The notes beneath the pieces are model-generated. The model was given only the letters and a program-made list of their open reading frames with translations. It searched no databases and was not told the origin of the DNA. A DNA stretch of 64,000 nucleotides from an uncultured Acidobacteriota bacterium (lineage in GTDB: Bacteria; Acidobacteriota; Thermoanaerobaculia; Multivoradales; UBA5704), in the NCBI GenBank assembly GCA_963700145.1, contig OY969474.1:416001-480000 (forward strand), read 5' to 3'. Positions 10,303-20,070 of the stretch are shown piece after piece. Numbering within the stretch: the first letter of the stretch is position 1; every line of letters begins with the position of its first letter. The position numbers and the translations under genes were made by a program.

Positions 10303-13300
10303 TGGCGGAGCCGACGCCGAGGGAGCGGAGCGCCGACTCCGAGCTGAGCGCGCGACTCGCGCGCCGCCTGGCCGCGCGCCGCGCCGTCCAGGAGAGCACC
10401 GCGATCCCGCGTCGCTCAGGCGGCGCCCCGGAGCCGCTCTCCCATGCGCAAGAGCGGCTCTGGCTGGTCGATCGCCTGACGCCGGGCGACTCCACCTACA
10501 CGATCGCCCGCGCCCTCGCCCTGCGCGGCCCGCTCGACGTCGCCGCCCTCCGCTGGAGCCTCGCGGAGATCGCGCGCCGGCACGAGGCGCTGCGCACCCT
10601 CTTCACGCCGCTGCCGGACGGCGAGGTGGTGCAGACCATCGCGGGACGCCTGCCGGTGGCGCTGCCGGTCGTGGACCTGCGACCTTTCGGCGCCGCAGCG
10701 CACGCCGAGGCCTCGCGCCTGGCCGCCGCCGAGGCGGCCCGGGCCTTCGACCTCGAGCACGGGCCGCTGCTGCGCGCCGGGCTGCTGCGGACGGCCGCGA
10801 CCGAGCACGTCCTCCTCCTGAGCATCCATCACATCGTCGCCGACGGCTGGTCGTTGGGGGTGCTCTACCGCGAGCTGGCCGCCCTCTACGGGGCCCGCGT
10901 CGAGGGGAAGGCTTCACCGCTCGCGCCTCCGGCCGTCCAGTACGCGGACTACGCGCTCTGGCAGCGCGGCGAGCTGACCGAGGAGAGGCTCGGGCGCCTC
11001 CTCGCTCACTGGCGCGCGGCCCTGGCCGGCGCGCCGGAGGCGCTCGAGCTGCCGGCCGATCGCCCGCGGCCACCGGCGCAGAGCTTCCGCGGCGGGCTGC
11101 GGTCGCTCGAGGTCGCGCCGGCGCTCGCCGCCCGCCTCCACGCCTTCGCGCAGGACGAGGGAGCGACGCCGTTCATGGCGCTTCTCGCCCTCTGGCAGGC
11201 GCTCCTCGGCCGTCTGACGGGGCGCGACGACTTCGTCGTGGGCACGCCGGTGGCCGGCCGGCCGCGCCGCGAGCTGGAGGGGTCGATCGGCTTCTTCGTC
11301 AACACCCTGCCGCTGCGCGCCGACCTCGCCGGCGCGCCGAGCTTCCGCGACCTCCTGGCCCGCACCCGGCGCGCCGTGCTCGCCGCCCTTCAGCACCAGG
11401 AGGTGCCGTTCGACAAGGTGGTCGAGGAGCTGGCCCCGCGGCGCGACCTCGACCGCTCGCCGCTCGTCCAGGTGAGCTTCGCGTTGCAGGACGCCGCCGA
11501 CGAATCGCTGTCGCTGCGCGGCCTCGCGGTCGAGCGGCTGCCCGTCGACCACGTCCGCTCGAAGTTCGACTTCACGCTCAACGCGATCGAACGGCGGGGC
11601 GGGCTGGAGCTGGAAGCCTGCTACGCCGCCGATCTCTACGACGGCGCGACCGCCGGGCGCGTGCTCCGCTGCTACCGCGCGCTGCTCACCGCGGCGCTCG
11701 TCGAGCCCGACCGGCCGCTGGCGGAGCTGCCACTGCTGGTGCCGGAGGAGCGCCAGGCGGCGCTCGTCGAGTGGAACGACACTGCCCGCTGCTGGCCGGC
11801 GCCAGCGACGCTGCACGGGCTCTTCGCGGCGCAGGCCGCGCGATCGCCGGCGGCCACCGCGCTCGTCTGCGACGGGGAGCGCCTGACCTACGGCGAGCTG
11901 GCGGCACGCGTCCATCGGCTCGCCCGCGCGTTGCGGCGCGAGGGCGTAGGGCCGGAGACGCGCGTCGCCGTCTGCCTGGAGCGCTCGCCCGAGCTGGCCG
12001 CGGCGCTCCTCGCCGTGCTCGAGGCGGGGGCCGCCTACGTGCCGCTCGACCCGGACTTCCCGCCCGAGCGGCTGGCCTACATGCTGGCCGACTCGGCGGC
12101 GCCGATCCTCCTCGCCGGGCCCGGCGCGCCGGCGCTGCCCCTCGGCGGGGCGCGGCGGCTGGAGCTCGCGGAGCTGGCGTCGGTGCCTCCCACCGGGCGC
12201 CCCGAGTCGCCGGCGGCTGAGGTCCCGCTCGCGGCGCTCGCCTACCTTCTCTACACCTCGGGCTCGACCGGCCGGCCGAAGGGGGTGATGGTGCCGCACG
12301 GCGCGGCCGTCAACCACCTGCGCTGGGTCCAGGCGACCTACGCCCTCGGGCGGGACGACCGGGTGCTGCTGAAGACGCCGATCAGCTTCGACGTCTCGGT
12401 GCGCGAGCTGTTCTGGCCGCTCGCCGCGGGCGCCGCGGTCGTGATGGCCCGCCCGGGCGGGCAGCGCGATCCGGGCTACCTCGCCGAGCTCGTGGCGCGC
12501 GAGCGGGTGACGGTGGCGAACTTCGTCCCCACCCTCCTCGCCGCCTTCCTCGACGAGCCGTCGCTCGCCGGAGCGGGCTCCCTGCGCCGCGTCATCGCCG
12601 GCGGCGAGGCGCTCTCGGCCGAGCTGGTCGAGCGCTTCCACCGCCGGCTGCCGCGCGCGGCGCTGCACAACCACTACGGCCCGACCGAGACGGCGATCAA
12701 TGCCACGGCCTGGCGCTGCCGGCCCGAGGAGCCGCCGCCGGTGCCGATCGGGCGGCCGATCGCCAACGCCCGCGTGCTCCTGATGGACCGCGCCTTCCAG
12801 CCCGTCCCGATCGACGCCCCCGGTGAGCTCTGGATCGGCGGCGCGGGTGTGGCGCGCGGCTACTGCGGGCGGCCCGACGCGACGGCTGAGCGTTTCGTTC
12901 CCGATCCGTTCGCGAGCGTCCCTGGGGAGCGCGTCTATCGCACCGGCGACCTGGCGCGCCTCCGCCCGGACGGCGCCCTCGAGTTCCTCGGGCGCACCGA
13001 CGAGCAGGTCAAGGTGCGTGGCGTGCGTATCGAGCCGGCCGAGGTCGAGGCGGCGCTGGCGGCCCACCCGGCGGTGCGCGAAGCGGCGGCGGCCGTGAGA
13101 CCGGACGCGCGCGGCGAGGGCCGGCTCGTCGGCTACGTGGTCGTGCGGGATGCCGCGGGCCCGGCCGCCGGCGAGGCCCTCGCGGGCATGCTCCGCGCCT
13201 TCCTCCGCGAGCGGCTGCCCGAGGCGATGGTGCCGTCGGCGCTCGTCGCGCTGGACGCCCTGCCTGTCGGCCCCACCGGCAAGCTGGAGCGGCGGCTCCT

Positions 13301-16300
13301 ACCAGAACCGGTTTGGGACGGCGCCGAGCAGCAGCGCGAGGCGACCGCAAGCGATCCCATCGAGGAGCTGCTCGCCGCGGTCTGGGCGGAGCTGCTCGGC
13401 GTGACCCGGGTCGGCCCGGCGGACCACTTCTTCGACCTCGGCGGGCACTCGCTGGCGGCGACGCGGGTGCTGGCGCGCGTGCGCCAGCTCCTGAGCGTCG
13501 AGCTGCCGCTGCGCACGCTCTTCGAGCGGCCGCGTCTCGGTGAACTGGCCGAGGCGGTGCGCGAGGCGCGGAAGGCGGCGGCTGCCGGCGGCGAGAGCGC
13601 GCGGGCGCCTTCGCTCAAACCCGTGCCGCGCACGGGTCCGCTGCCGCTCTCGTTCGCGCAGGAGCGGCTCTGGCTGCTCGAGCAGCTCGAAGCGGACGGC
13701 GCGCTCTACAACCTGGCGCTGGCCGTGGAGCTCGACGGTCCGCTCGACGTCGCGGCTCTCGCCATCACGCTCTCCAGGGTGGCGGCGCGCCACGAAGCCC
13801 TCCGCACCCGCCTCACGGCCGCCGAGGGAGGGCCCGTCCAGGAGATCCTCGCGCCCGCGCCGCTGCCGCTGCCGATCGTCGATCTCTCGCACCTGGGCGG
13901 CGGCGCCGGGGATCGGGCGCTGCGCGCTCTCGCGACGTCCGAGGCGCGCCGCCCGTTCGACCTCGGGGTCGGGAGGCCGTTCCGCGCCGTGCTGGCGCGG
14001 CTCGCCGCGGAGCGCCACGCGCTGATCGTCTCGATGCACCACATCGTCTCGGACGGCTGGTCGCTCGGCGTGCTGTGGAGCGAGACGGCGGCGCTCTACG
14101 ACGCGGCGCTCGCCGGAGTCGCCGACCCGCTGCCGCCCCTGCCGGTGCAGTACCCCGACTTCGCCGTCTGGCAGCGCGAGTGGCTGGCGAGCGGGCCGCT
14201 CGCCGGCCAGCTCGCCTGGTGGCGCGAGCAGCTCGCCGGCGCGCCGGAGGTGCTGGAGCTGCCCAGCGATCGCCCGCGGACCGCGCAGCGCGCGCCGGCC
14301 GGCGGGACCGACGACGTTCTGCTGCCGCCGGAGACAGCCGCCGGCCTGCGCGCCATCGCGCGGCGCGAAGGCGCGACCCTGTTCATGACGCTCGGTGCCG
14401 CCTTCGCCGCCTTCCTGGCGCGTCTCGGCGCCGGCGAGGACCTGCCGATCGGCACGCCGGTCGCCAACCGCGGACGGCCCGAGCTGGAAGGGCTGATCGG
14501 CTTCTTCGTCAACACCCTCGTCCTGCGCGCCGACCTCTCCGGCGACCCGCGGTTCGGTGAGCTGCTGGCGCGGGTGCGCGAGGCGGCGCTCGGCGCCTAC
14601 GACCACCAGGACCTGCCGTTCGAGCGGCTGGTCGAGGAGCTGGCGCCGCGGCGCGCGCTCTCGCACCTGCCGCTGTTCCAGGTCCTCTTCACCCTGGAGA
14701 CGCCGGCCGCGCCGCCGCCGATGCAAGGGCTCGCCGTGCGCCGCCTGCCGGTCGAGAGCGGGCTCGCCAAGTTCGACCTCTCGCTCGGGCTGGAGGAGCG
14801 CGAGGACGGTGCGATCGCCGGCTCCTTCGTCTTCCGGCGCGACCTGTTCGACGCCGCGACGGTGCAGCGGGTGGCATCGCACTTCCGCACGCTCGCCGAA
14901 GGGATCGCGCTGGCACCCGGTGCGCGGCTCCAGGACCTGCCGCTCCTCACCGAGGCGGAGAGGCGGCAGGTGACGGTCGCCTTCCAGCGCGCGGCCGGCG
15001 CCTACCCGCGCGAGCTTTGCGTGCACGAGCTGGTGGCGGAGCAGGCGGCGCGCCGGCCCGAGGCCGTGGCGCTGGTGTGGGACGAGGGGACCATGACCTA
15101 CGGCGAGCTCGCGGCCGAAGCCAACAGGCTGGCTCGCCGCTTGCGGCGGCTCGGCGTCACGACCGAGACCCGCGTCGGCGTCTGCCTGGAGCGCTCGCCC
15201 GAGCTGGTGGTCGGGCTCCTCGGCGTGCTCGCGGCGGGCGGCGCCTACCTGCCGCTCGATCCCGCCTATCCAGCGGAGCGGCTGGCGGCAATGCTCGTGG
15301 ACGGCGAGGTGCCGGTGCTGGTCACGGTCGAGCGGCTCCTCGGCGCCCTGCCGCCGCACGATGCGAGCCTCCTCTGCCTCGACCGCGAGGCCGCGGGGCT
15401 GGCCGCCGAGAGCCCGACACCGCTCGCCAACCTCGCCACGCCGGAGAGCCTGGCCTACGTCCTCTACACCTCCGGCTCGACCGGCCGCCCGAAAGGCGTG
15501 GCGGTGCCGCATCGGGGGATCGTGCGGCTGGTCCGGCAGGACGCCTTCGCCGACCTGGGTGAGGACGAGGTCTTCCTCCAGCTCGCGCCGATCCCGTTCG
15601 ACGCCTCGACGCTGGAGCTCTGGGGGCCGCTCGCCAACGGCGGCAAGCTCGTCCTCTTCCCGCCGCATCAGCCGTCGCTGGAGGAGCTGGGGGAGGCGCT
15701 GGTACGCCACCGGGTCACGACGCTCTGGCTCACCTCCGGGCTCTTCCATCAGATGGTGGAGGCGCAGCTCCCGGCCCTGCGCCAAGTGCGGCAGGTGCTC
15801 GCCGGCGGCGACGTGCTGTCGGTGCCGCACGTGCGGCGGGTGCTCGACGGGCTCGGCGAGAACGCCGTGCTGGTCAACGGCTACGGCCCGACCGAGAGCA
15901 CGACCTTCACCTGCTGCCACGTGATGCGGGCCGGCGCCGCGGTGGGAGCGGCGGTGCCGATCGGCCGGCCGATTGCCCATACGCGCGTCGTGCTGCTCGA
16001 TCCGGGTCTCCGGCCGGTGCCGGTCGGCGTGCCGGGGGAGCTCTACATCGGCGGCGACGGCCTGGCGCGCGGCTACCTCGACCGCCCGGATTGGACGGCG
16101 GAGCGGTTCGTGCCCGATCCGCTGCCGATGAAGGAGGGCGGGGAGGCGGGCGGGCGGCTCTATCGGACCGGCGATCTCGCGCGCTGGCGGGCGGACGGGA
16201 CGGTGGAGTTCCTCGGTCGGGTGGACCGGCAGGTGAAGCTGCGCGGGTTCCGCATCGAGCCGGGCGAGGTCGAGGCGGCGCTCTGCGAGCAGCCGGGGGT

Positions 16301-19300
16301 CCTCGCGGCCACCGTCGTGCTCCGGGACGCCGCGGAGCGCGGCAAGGAGCTCGTGGCGTATTTCGTGCCGCGCGAGCCGGGGGCGGAGATCGTCGCCGGT
16401 CTGCGCGAGCGCCTGCGCCAGCGGCTGCCGGAGTACATGGTGCCCGCCTTCTTCGTGCCGCTGTCGGCGTTCCCGCTCGACCCCAACGGCAAGCTGGATC
16501 GCCGCGCCCTCCCTGAGCCGGTCCCGGAGGCGCAGGGCGAGGAGGGTCTAAGCCTCCCGCGCACCCCGGCCGAGGAGCTCGTCGCGGGCATCTGGGCCGA
16601 GGTGCTCGGGATCGAACGGTTCGGAGTCCACGACGACTTCTTCGCGCTCGGCGGCCACTCGCTGCTGGCGACGCGGATCGTCTCGCGGCTGCGCCGAGAC
16701 TGCGGGGTGGAGCTGTCGCTCCGCCGGCTCTTCGAGCATCCGACGGTGGCGGAGCTGGCGGCGGACGTCGAAGCCGGGTTGCGGTGCGGGGCCGGAGGCG
16801 GCGCCGGCAGCCCGCCGCCGCTGGCGCCTGCGGCGCGCGATCGCGACCTGCCGCTCTCCTTCGCGCAGGAGCGGCTCTGGTTCCTCGACGCGCTGGAGCC
16901 GGGGAACGCGGCACTGCACATCGCGGCGCCGATACGAGTGCGCGGCGCGCTGGACGTCGAGCGGCTGGAGCGGGCCCTGGCGGCGCTCGTGGCCCGCCAC
17001 GAGGCGCTGCGGACCCGTTTCCCCGCGGTGGGCGGCCGGCCGCGGCAGCAGGTGGAGGCCGAGAGCCGCTTCGCGCTCCGCCTCGTCGACCTCACGCACC
17101 TGCCGTCGGTGCCGGCGCGCCAGGCGGAGGCGGCCCGGCGCGGCGCCTACGAGAAGGCGCTGCCCTTCGATCTCGCCCGCGGCCCGCTGCTGCGCGCCAC
17201 GCTGCTGCGGCTGGACTCCGACGAGCATCTGCTGCTGCTCGTCGTCCATCACATCGTCGCCGACGGTTGGTCGTTGGGCATCCTGCTGCGCGAGCTGGCG
17301 GCGCAGTACGCGGCGCTCTCGGAGGGGCGCGAGGCGGAGCTGCCGCCGCTGCCGGTGCAGTACGCCGACTACGCGGTGTGGCAGCGGGAGTGGCTGGAAG
17401 GGGAGGAGCTGGCGAGGCAGGTCGGCTACTGGCACGAGCGGCTGGCGGGTTCACCGCCGCTGCTCGAGCTGCCGCTCGACCGCCCGCGCCCGCCGGTGCA
17501 GACTTTCCGCGGCGCGGTCCACAAGCAGCGGTTGTCCGCCGATCTGGCGGCCGGCATCCACGCGCTCGGGCGCAGCGAAGGAGCGACGCTCTTCATGACG
17601 CTCCTCGCCGGGCTCTCGACCTTGCTCGGACGGCTGGCGGGGCAGGAGGACGTCTGTGTCGGCGCGCCGGTGGCGGGTCGCGGGCGGGCCGAGGTCGAAG
17701 GGCTGATCGGCTGCTTCCTCAATACCCTGGTGCTGCGGACCCGTCTGGCCGGCGCACCGAGCTTCCACGACCTGCTGGGCCAGGTGCGCGAGACCACGCT
17801 CGGCGCCTTCGCGCACCAGGAGCTGCCGTTCGAAAAGCTCCTGGAGGAGCTGCAGCCGGAGCGGACGCTCGCCCACACGCCGCTCTTCCAGGTCTTCCTC
17901 AACGTCCTCAACTTCCCGGCCATCGAGACCCGCCTGCCGGGTCTCGCGCTCGAGCTGCAGCCGCCGCAGGGGGTGACCGCCAAGTTCGACCTGACGCTCT
18001 ACGTCGAGGAGCGCGAGGGCGCGCTGCAAGTCGACTGGGTCTACAACGCCGATCTCTTCGACGCGTCACGGGTCGAGGAGATGGCGCGGCAGCTCGCGCT
18101 GCTGCTCGGAGCGGCGGTGGCAGAGCCGTCGCGCGCGATCGGGGCGTTGCCGTTGCTGACGGCCGAGGCGGCGCCGTTCGTGCCCGACCCAGCCGCGCCG
18201 CTCGACGCCGGCTGGCAGGGGGCGGTCCATGAGCGCTTCGCCGAGATCGCCGCACACGCGCCCGAGCTTCCGGCGGTTTCCGATCCGGCGGAGAGCTGGA
18301 GCTACGGCGAGCTGGCGCGCTACGTCCACCGCCTGGCGCACCGTCTGGCCCGCGAGGGGGTGGGGAAGGGCGACGTCGTGGCCCTCTGGGGGCACCGGAG
18401 CGCGTCGCTCGTGGCGGGCCTGCTCGCGACGCTGGAGTCCGGCGCCGCGTTCGTGGTGCTCGATCCGGCCTATCCGGCGGCGCGCCTGGCCGAGACGCTT
18501 CGTCTCGCCCGGCCGGCGGGCTTTCTCGAAGGCGCCGGTCCGGTGCCGGAGGCGGTGGACGAGGCGCTCGCCGCGGTCGGCTGCCGCTGCCGGCTGGTGC
18601 TGCCGCCCAAGGCCGGGCTCGCCGAGCGCGATCCGGCGGCCGGCGAGCCGGAGACGCCGCTCGGGATCGCGATCGGGTCGGACGACTTGGCTTACCTCGC
18701 CTTCACCTCGGGCTCGACGGGGTCGCCAAAGGGCATCCTCGGCCGCCACGGCTCGCTCTCCCACTTCATCCCCTGGCAGCGCTATCGCTACGGCATCGGG
18801 GAGGCGGACCGCTTCAGCCTGCTCTCCGGTCTCTCGCACGACCCGCTGCACCGCGACGTCTTCACGCCTCTCCAAACCGGCGGCTCGATCGCGGTGCCCG
18901 ACCCGGAGCGGATCGGCAGCCCTGGCTATCTGGCGGACTGGCTGCGCGACGAGCGCGTCACCGTCGCCAATCTGACGCCGGCGATGGGACAGCTCCTGGC
19001 CGAGGGCGGCGGCGTGAGGAGCTTGCCGGCGCTGCGGCTGGCCTTCGTCGTCGGCGACATCCTCACTCGGCGCGATGTTCTGCGCCTGCAGGAGCTGGCG
19101 CCGGAGCTGGTGTGCGTCAACCACTACGGCTCGACGGAGACGCAGCGGGCGGTGGGGTACTACGTGGTGCCGCCGCGCGACGCCGCGGGGGTGCCCGAGG
19201 TCCTGCCGCTCGGCCGCGGCATCCCGGATGTCCAGCTCCTGGTGGTGAATGCCGCCGGACAGCTCGCGGGCGTCGGTGAGGTGGGGGAGATCTGGGTGCG

Positions 19301-20045
19301 GAGCCCGCACGTGGCGCTGGGCTACCTCGGCGAGCCGGAGCGGACGGCGGAGCGCTTCGTGGTCAACCCCTGGACGGACGATCCGGCCGACCGGGCGTAC
19401 CGGACCGGCGACCTGGGCCGTTACCTGCCCGGGGGTGACGTGACATTCGCCGGACGGGCGGACCAGCAGGTGAAGGTGCGGGGCTTCCGCATCGAGCTGG
19501 GCGAGATCGAGTCGGTCTTGGGACGGCATCCCGAGGTGCGGGAGACGGCGGTGGTGGCCCGCCCCGACGGGAGCGACAAGCGGCTCGTCGCCTACGTGGT
19601 TCCCACTGCGGAAGATGTCGAAGTCGCCGCGCTGCGGGCTTTCCTCAAGGAGCGGCTACCGGACTACATGGTGCCGTCGGCCTGGGTGACACTGGCGGCG
19701 CTGCCGTTGACGCCGAACGGCAAGCTGGACCGGCGGGTGCTGCCCGAGCCGCCGGAGGAAGACTCGGCGGGCGAGCCGGTGGCACCGCGGACGCTGGCCG
19801 AAGAGCTGGTGGCGGAGATCTGGTGCACGGTGTTGCGCCGCGAGCGGATCGGCGTCCACGACGACTTCTTCGACCTCGGCGGCCACTCCCTGCTCGCCAC
19901 GCAAGTGCTGGCGCGCGTCGCGGAGGGCTTCGACGTCGAGCTGCCGGTGCGCACGGTCTTCGAGCATCCGACCCTGGAGCAGTTTGCGCTGGCCGTCGAG
20001 TCGGCGCTGTTGTCCAGCCTCGGGGAGGTGCCCGCCCAGGCCTGA
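10302..20045 (+). CDS. NRPS 2: (C-A-T)x3 (module 3 unknown, module 4 Val-like, module 5 Lys2-like acidic substrate)
   Basis: Three HHIVxDGWS, three TSGSTG and three GGHSL motifs. A4 pocket reads DALWLGGTF. ATG overlaps the NRPS 1 TGA. Confidence 0.96.
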   Translation: MAEPTPRERSADSELSARLARRLAARRAVQESTAIPRRSGGAPEPLSHAQERLWLVDRLTPGDSTYTIARALALRGPLDVAALRWSLAEIARRHEALRTLFTPLPDGEVVQTIAGRLPVALPVVDLRPFGAAAHAEASRLAAAEAARAFDLEHGPLLRAGLLRTAATEHVLLLSIHHIVADGWSLGVLYRELAALYGARVEGKASPLAPPAVQYADYALWQRGELTEERLGRLLAHWRAALAGAPEALELPADRPRPPAQSFRGGLRSLEVAPALAARLHAFAQDEGATPFMALLALWQALLGRLTGRDDFVVGTPVAGRPRRELEGSIGFFVNTLPLRADLAGAPSFRDLLARTRRAVLAALQHQEVPFDKVVEELAPRRDLDRSPLVQVSFALQDAADESLSLRGLAVERLPVDHVRSKFDFTLNAIERRGGLELEACYAADLYDGATAGRVLRCYRALLTAALVEPDRPLAELPLLVPEERQAALVEWNDTARCWPAPATLHGLFAAQAARSPAATALVCDGERLTYGELAARVHRLARALRREGVGPETRVAVCLERSPELAAALLAVLEAGAAYVPLDPDFPPERLAYMLADSAAPILLAGPGAPALPLGGARRLELAELASVPPTGRPESPAAEVPLAALAYLLYTSGSTGRPKGVMVPHGAAVNHLRWVQATYALGRDDRVLLKTPISFDVSVRELFWPLAAGAAVVMARPGGQRDPGYLAELVARERVTVANFVPTLLAAFLDEPSLAGAGSLRRVIAGGEALSAELVERFHRRLPRAALHNHYGPTETAINATAWRCRPEEPPPVPIGRPIANARVLLMDRAFQPVPIDAPGELWIGGAGVARGYCGRPDATAERFVPDPFASVPGERVYRTGDLARLRPDGALEFLGRTDEQVKVRGVRIEPAEVEAALAAHPAVREAAAAVRPDARGEGRLVGYVVVRDAAGPAAGEALAGMLRAFLRERLPEAMVPSALVALDALPVGPTGKLERRLLPEPVWDGAEQQREATASDPIEELLAAVWAELLGVTRVGPADHFFDLGGHSLAATRVLARVRQLLSVELPLRTLFERPRLGELAEAVREARKAAAAGGESARAPSLKPVPRTGPLPLSFAQERLWLLEQLEADGALYNLALAVELDGPLDVAALAITLSRVAARHEALRTRLTAAEGGPVQEILAPAPLPLPIVDLSHLGGGAGDRALRALATSEARRPFDLGVGRPFRAVLARLAAERHALIVSMHHIVSDGWSLGVLWSETAALYDAALAGVADPLPPLPVQYPDFAVWQREWLASGPLAGQLAWWREQLAGAPEVLELPSDRPRTAQRAPAGGTDDVLLPPETAAGLRAIARREGATLFMTLGAAFAAFLARLGAGEDLPIGTPVANRGRPELEGLIGFFVNTLVLRADLSGDPRFGELLARVREAALGAYDHQDLPFERLVEELAPRRALSHLPLFQVLFTLETPAAPPPMQGLAVRRLPVESGLAKFDLSLGLEEREDGAIAGSFVFRRDLFDAATVQRVASHFRTLAEGIALAPGARLQDLPLLTEAERRQVTVAFQRAAGAYPRELCVHELVAEQAARRPEAVALVWDEGTMTYGELAAEANRLARRLRRLGVTTETRVGVCLERSPELVVGLLGVLAAGGAYLPLDPAYPAERLAAMLVDGEVPVLVTVERLLGALPPHDASLLCLDREAAGLAAESPTPLANLATPESLAYVLYTSGSTGRPKGVAVPHRGIVRLVRQDAFADLGEDEVFLQLAPIPFDASTLELWGPLANGGKLVLFPPHQPSLEELGEALVRHRVTTLWLTSGLFHQMVEAQLPALRQVRQVLAGGDVLSVPHVRRVLDGLGENAVLVNGYGPTESTTFTCCHVMRAGAAVGAAVPIGRPIAHTRVVLLDPGLRPVPVGVPGELYIGGDGLARGYLDRPDWTAERFVPDPLPMKEGGEAGGRLYRTGDLARWRADGTVEFLGRVDRQVKLRGFRIEPGEVEAALCEQPGVLAATVVLRDAAERGKELVAYFVPREPGAEIVAGLRERLRQRLPEYMVPAFFVPLSAFPLDPNGKLDRRALPEPVPEAQGEEGLSLPRTPAEELVAGIWAEVLGIERFGVHDDFFALGGHSLLATRIVSRLRRDCGVELSLRRLFEHPTVAELAADVEAGLRCGAGGGAGSPPPLAPAARDRDLPLSFAQERLWFLDALEPGNAALHIAAPIRVRGALDVERLERALAALVARHEALRTRFPAVGGRPRQQVEAESRFALRLVDLTHLPSVPARQAEAARRGAYEKALPFDLARGPLLRATLLRLDSDEHLLLLVVHHIVADGWSLGILLRELAAQYAALSEGREAELPPLPVQYADYAVWQREWLEGEELARQVGYWHERLAGSPPLLELPLDRPRPPVQTFRGAVHKQRLSADLAAGIHALGRSEGATLFMTLLAGLSTLLGRLAGQEDVCVGAPVAGRGRAEVEGLIGCFLNTLVLRTRLAGAPSFHDLLGQVRETTLGAFAHQELPFEKLLEELQPERTLAHTPLFQVFLNVLNFPAIETRLPGLALELQPPQGVTAKFDLTLYVEEREGALQVDWVYNADLFDASRVEEMARQLALLLGAAVAEPSRAIGALPLLTAEAAPFVPDPAAPLDAGWQGAVHERFAEIAAHAPELPAVSDPAESWSYGELARYVHRLAHRLAREGVGKGDVVALWGHRSASLVAGLLATLESGAAFVVLDPAYPAARLAETLRLARPAGFLEGAGPVPEAVDEALAAVGCRCRLVLPPKAGLAERDPAAGEPETPLGIAIGSDDLAYLAFTSGSTGSPKGILGRHGSLSHFIPWQRYRYGIGEADRFSLLSGLSHDPLHRDVFTPLQTGGSIAVPDPERIGSPGYLADWLRDERVTVANLTPAMGQLLAEGGGVRSLPALRLAFVVGDILTRRDVLRLQELAPELVCVNHYGSTETQRAVGYYVVPPRDAAGVPEVLPLGRGIPDVQLLVVNAAGQLAGVGEVGEIWVRSPHVALGYLGEPERTAERFVVNPWTDDPADRAYRTGDLGRYLPGGDVTFAGRADQQVKVRGFRIELGEIESVLGRHPEVRETAVVARPDGSDKRLVAYVVPTAEDVEVAALRAFLKERLPDYMVPSAWVTLAALPLTPNGKLDRRVLPEPPEEDSAGEPVAPRTLAEELVAEIWCTVLRRERIGVHDDFFDLGGHSLLATQVLARVAEGFDVELPVRTVFEHPTLEQFALAVESALLSSLGEVPAQA

Positions 20046-20070
20046 GCGCCGGGCGGCCGAGCGAGCACCG

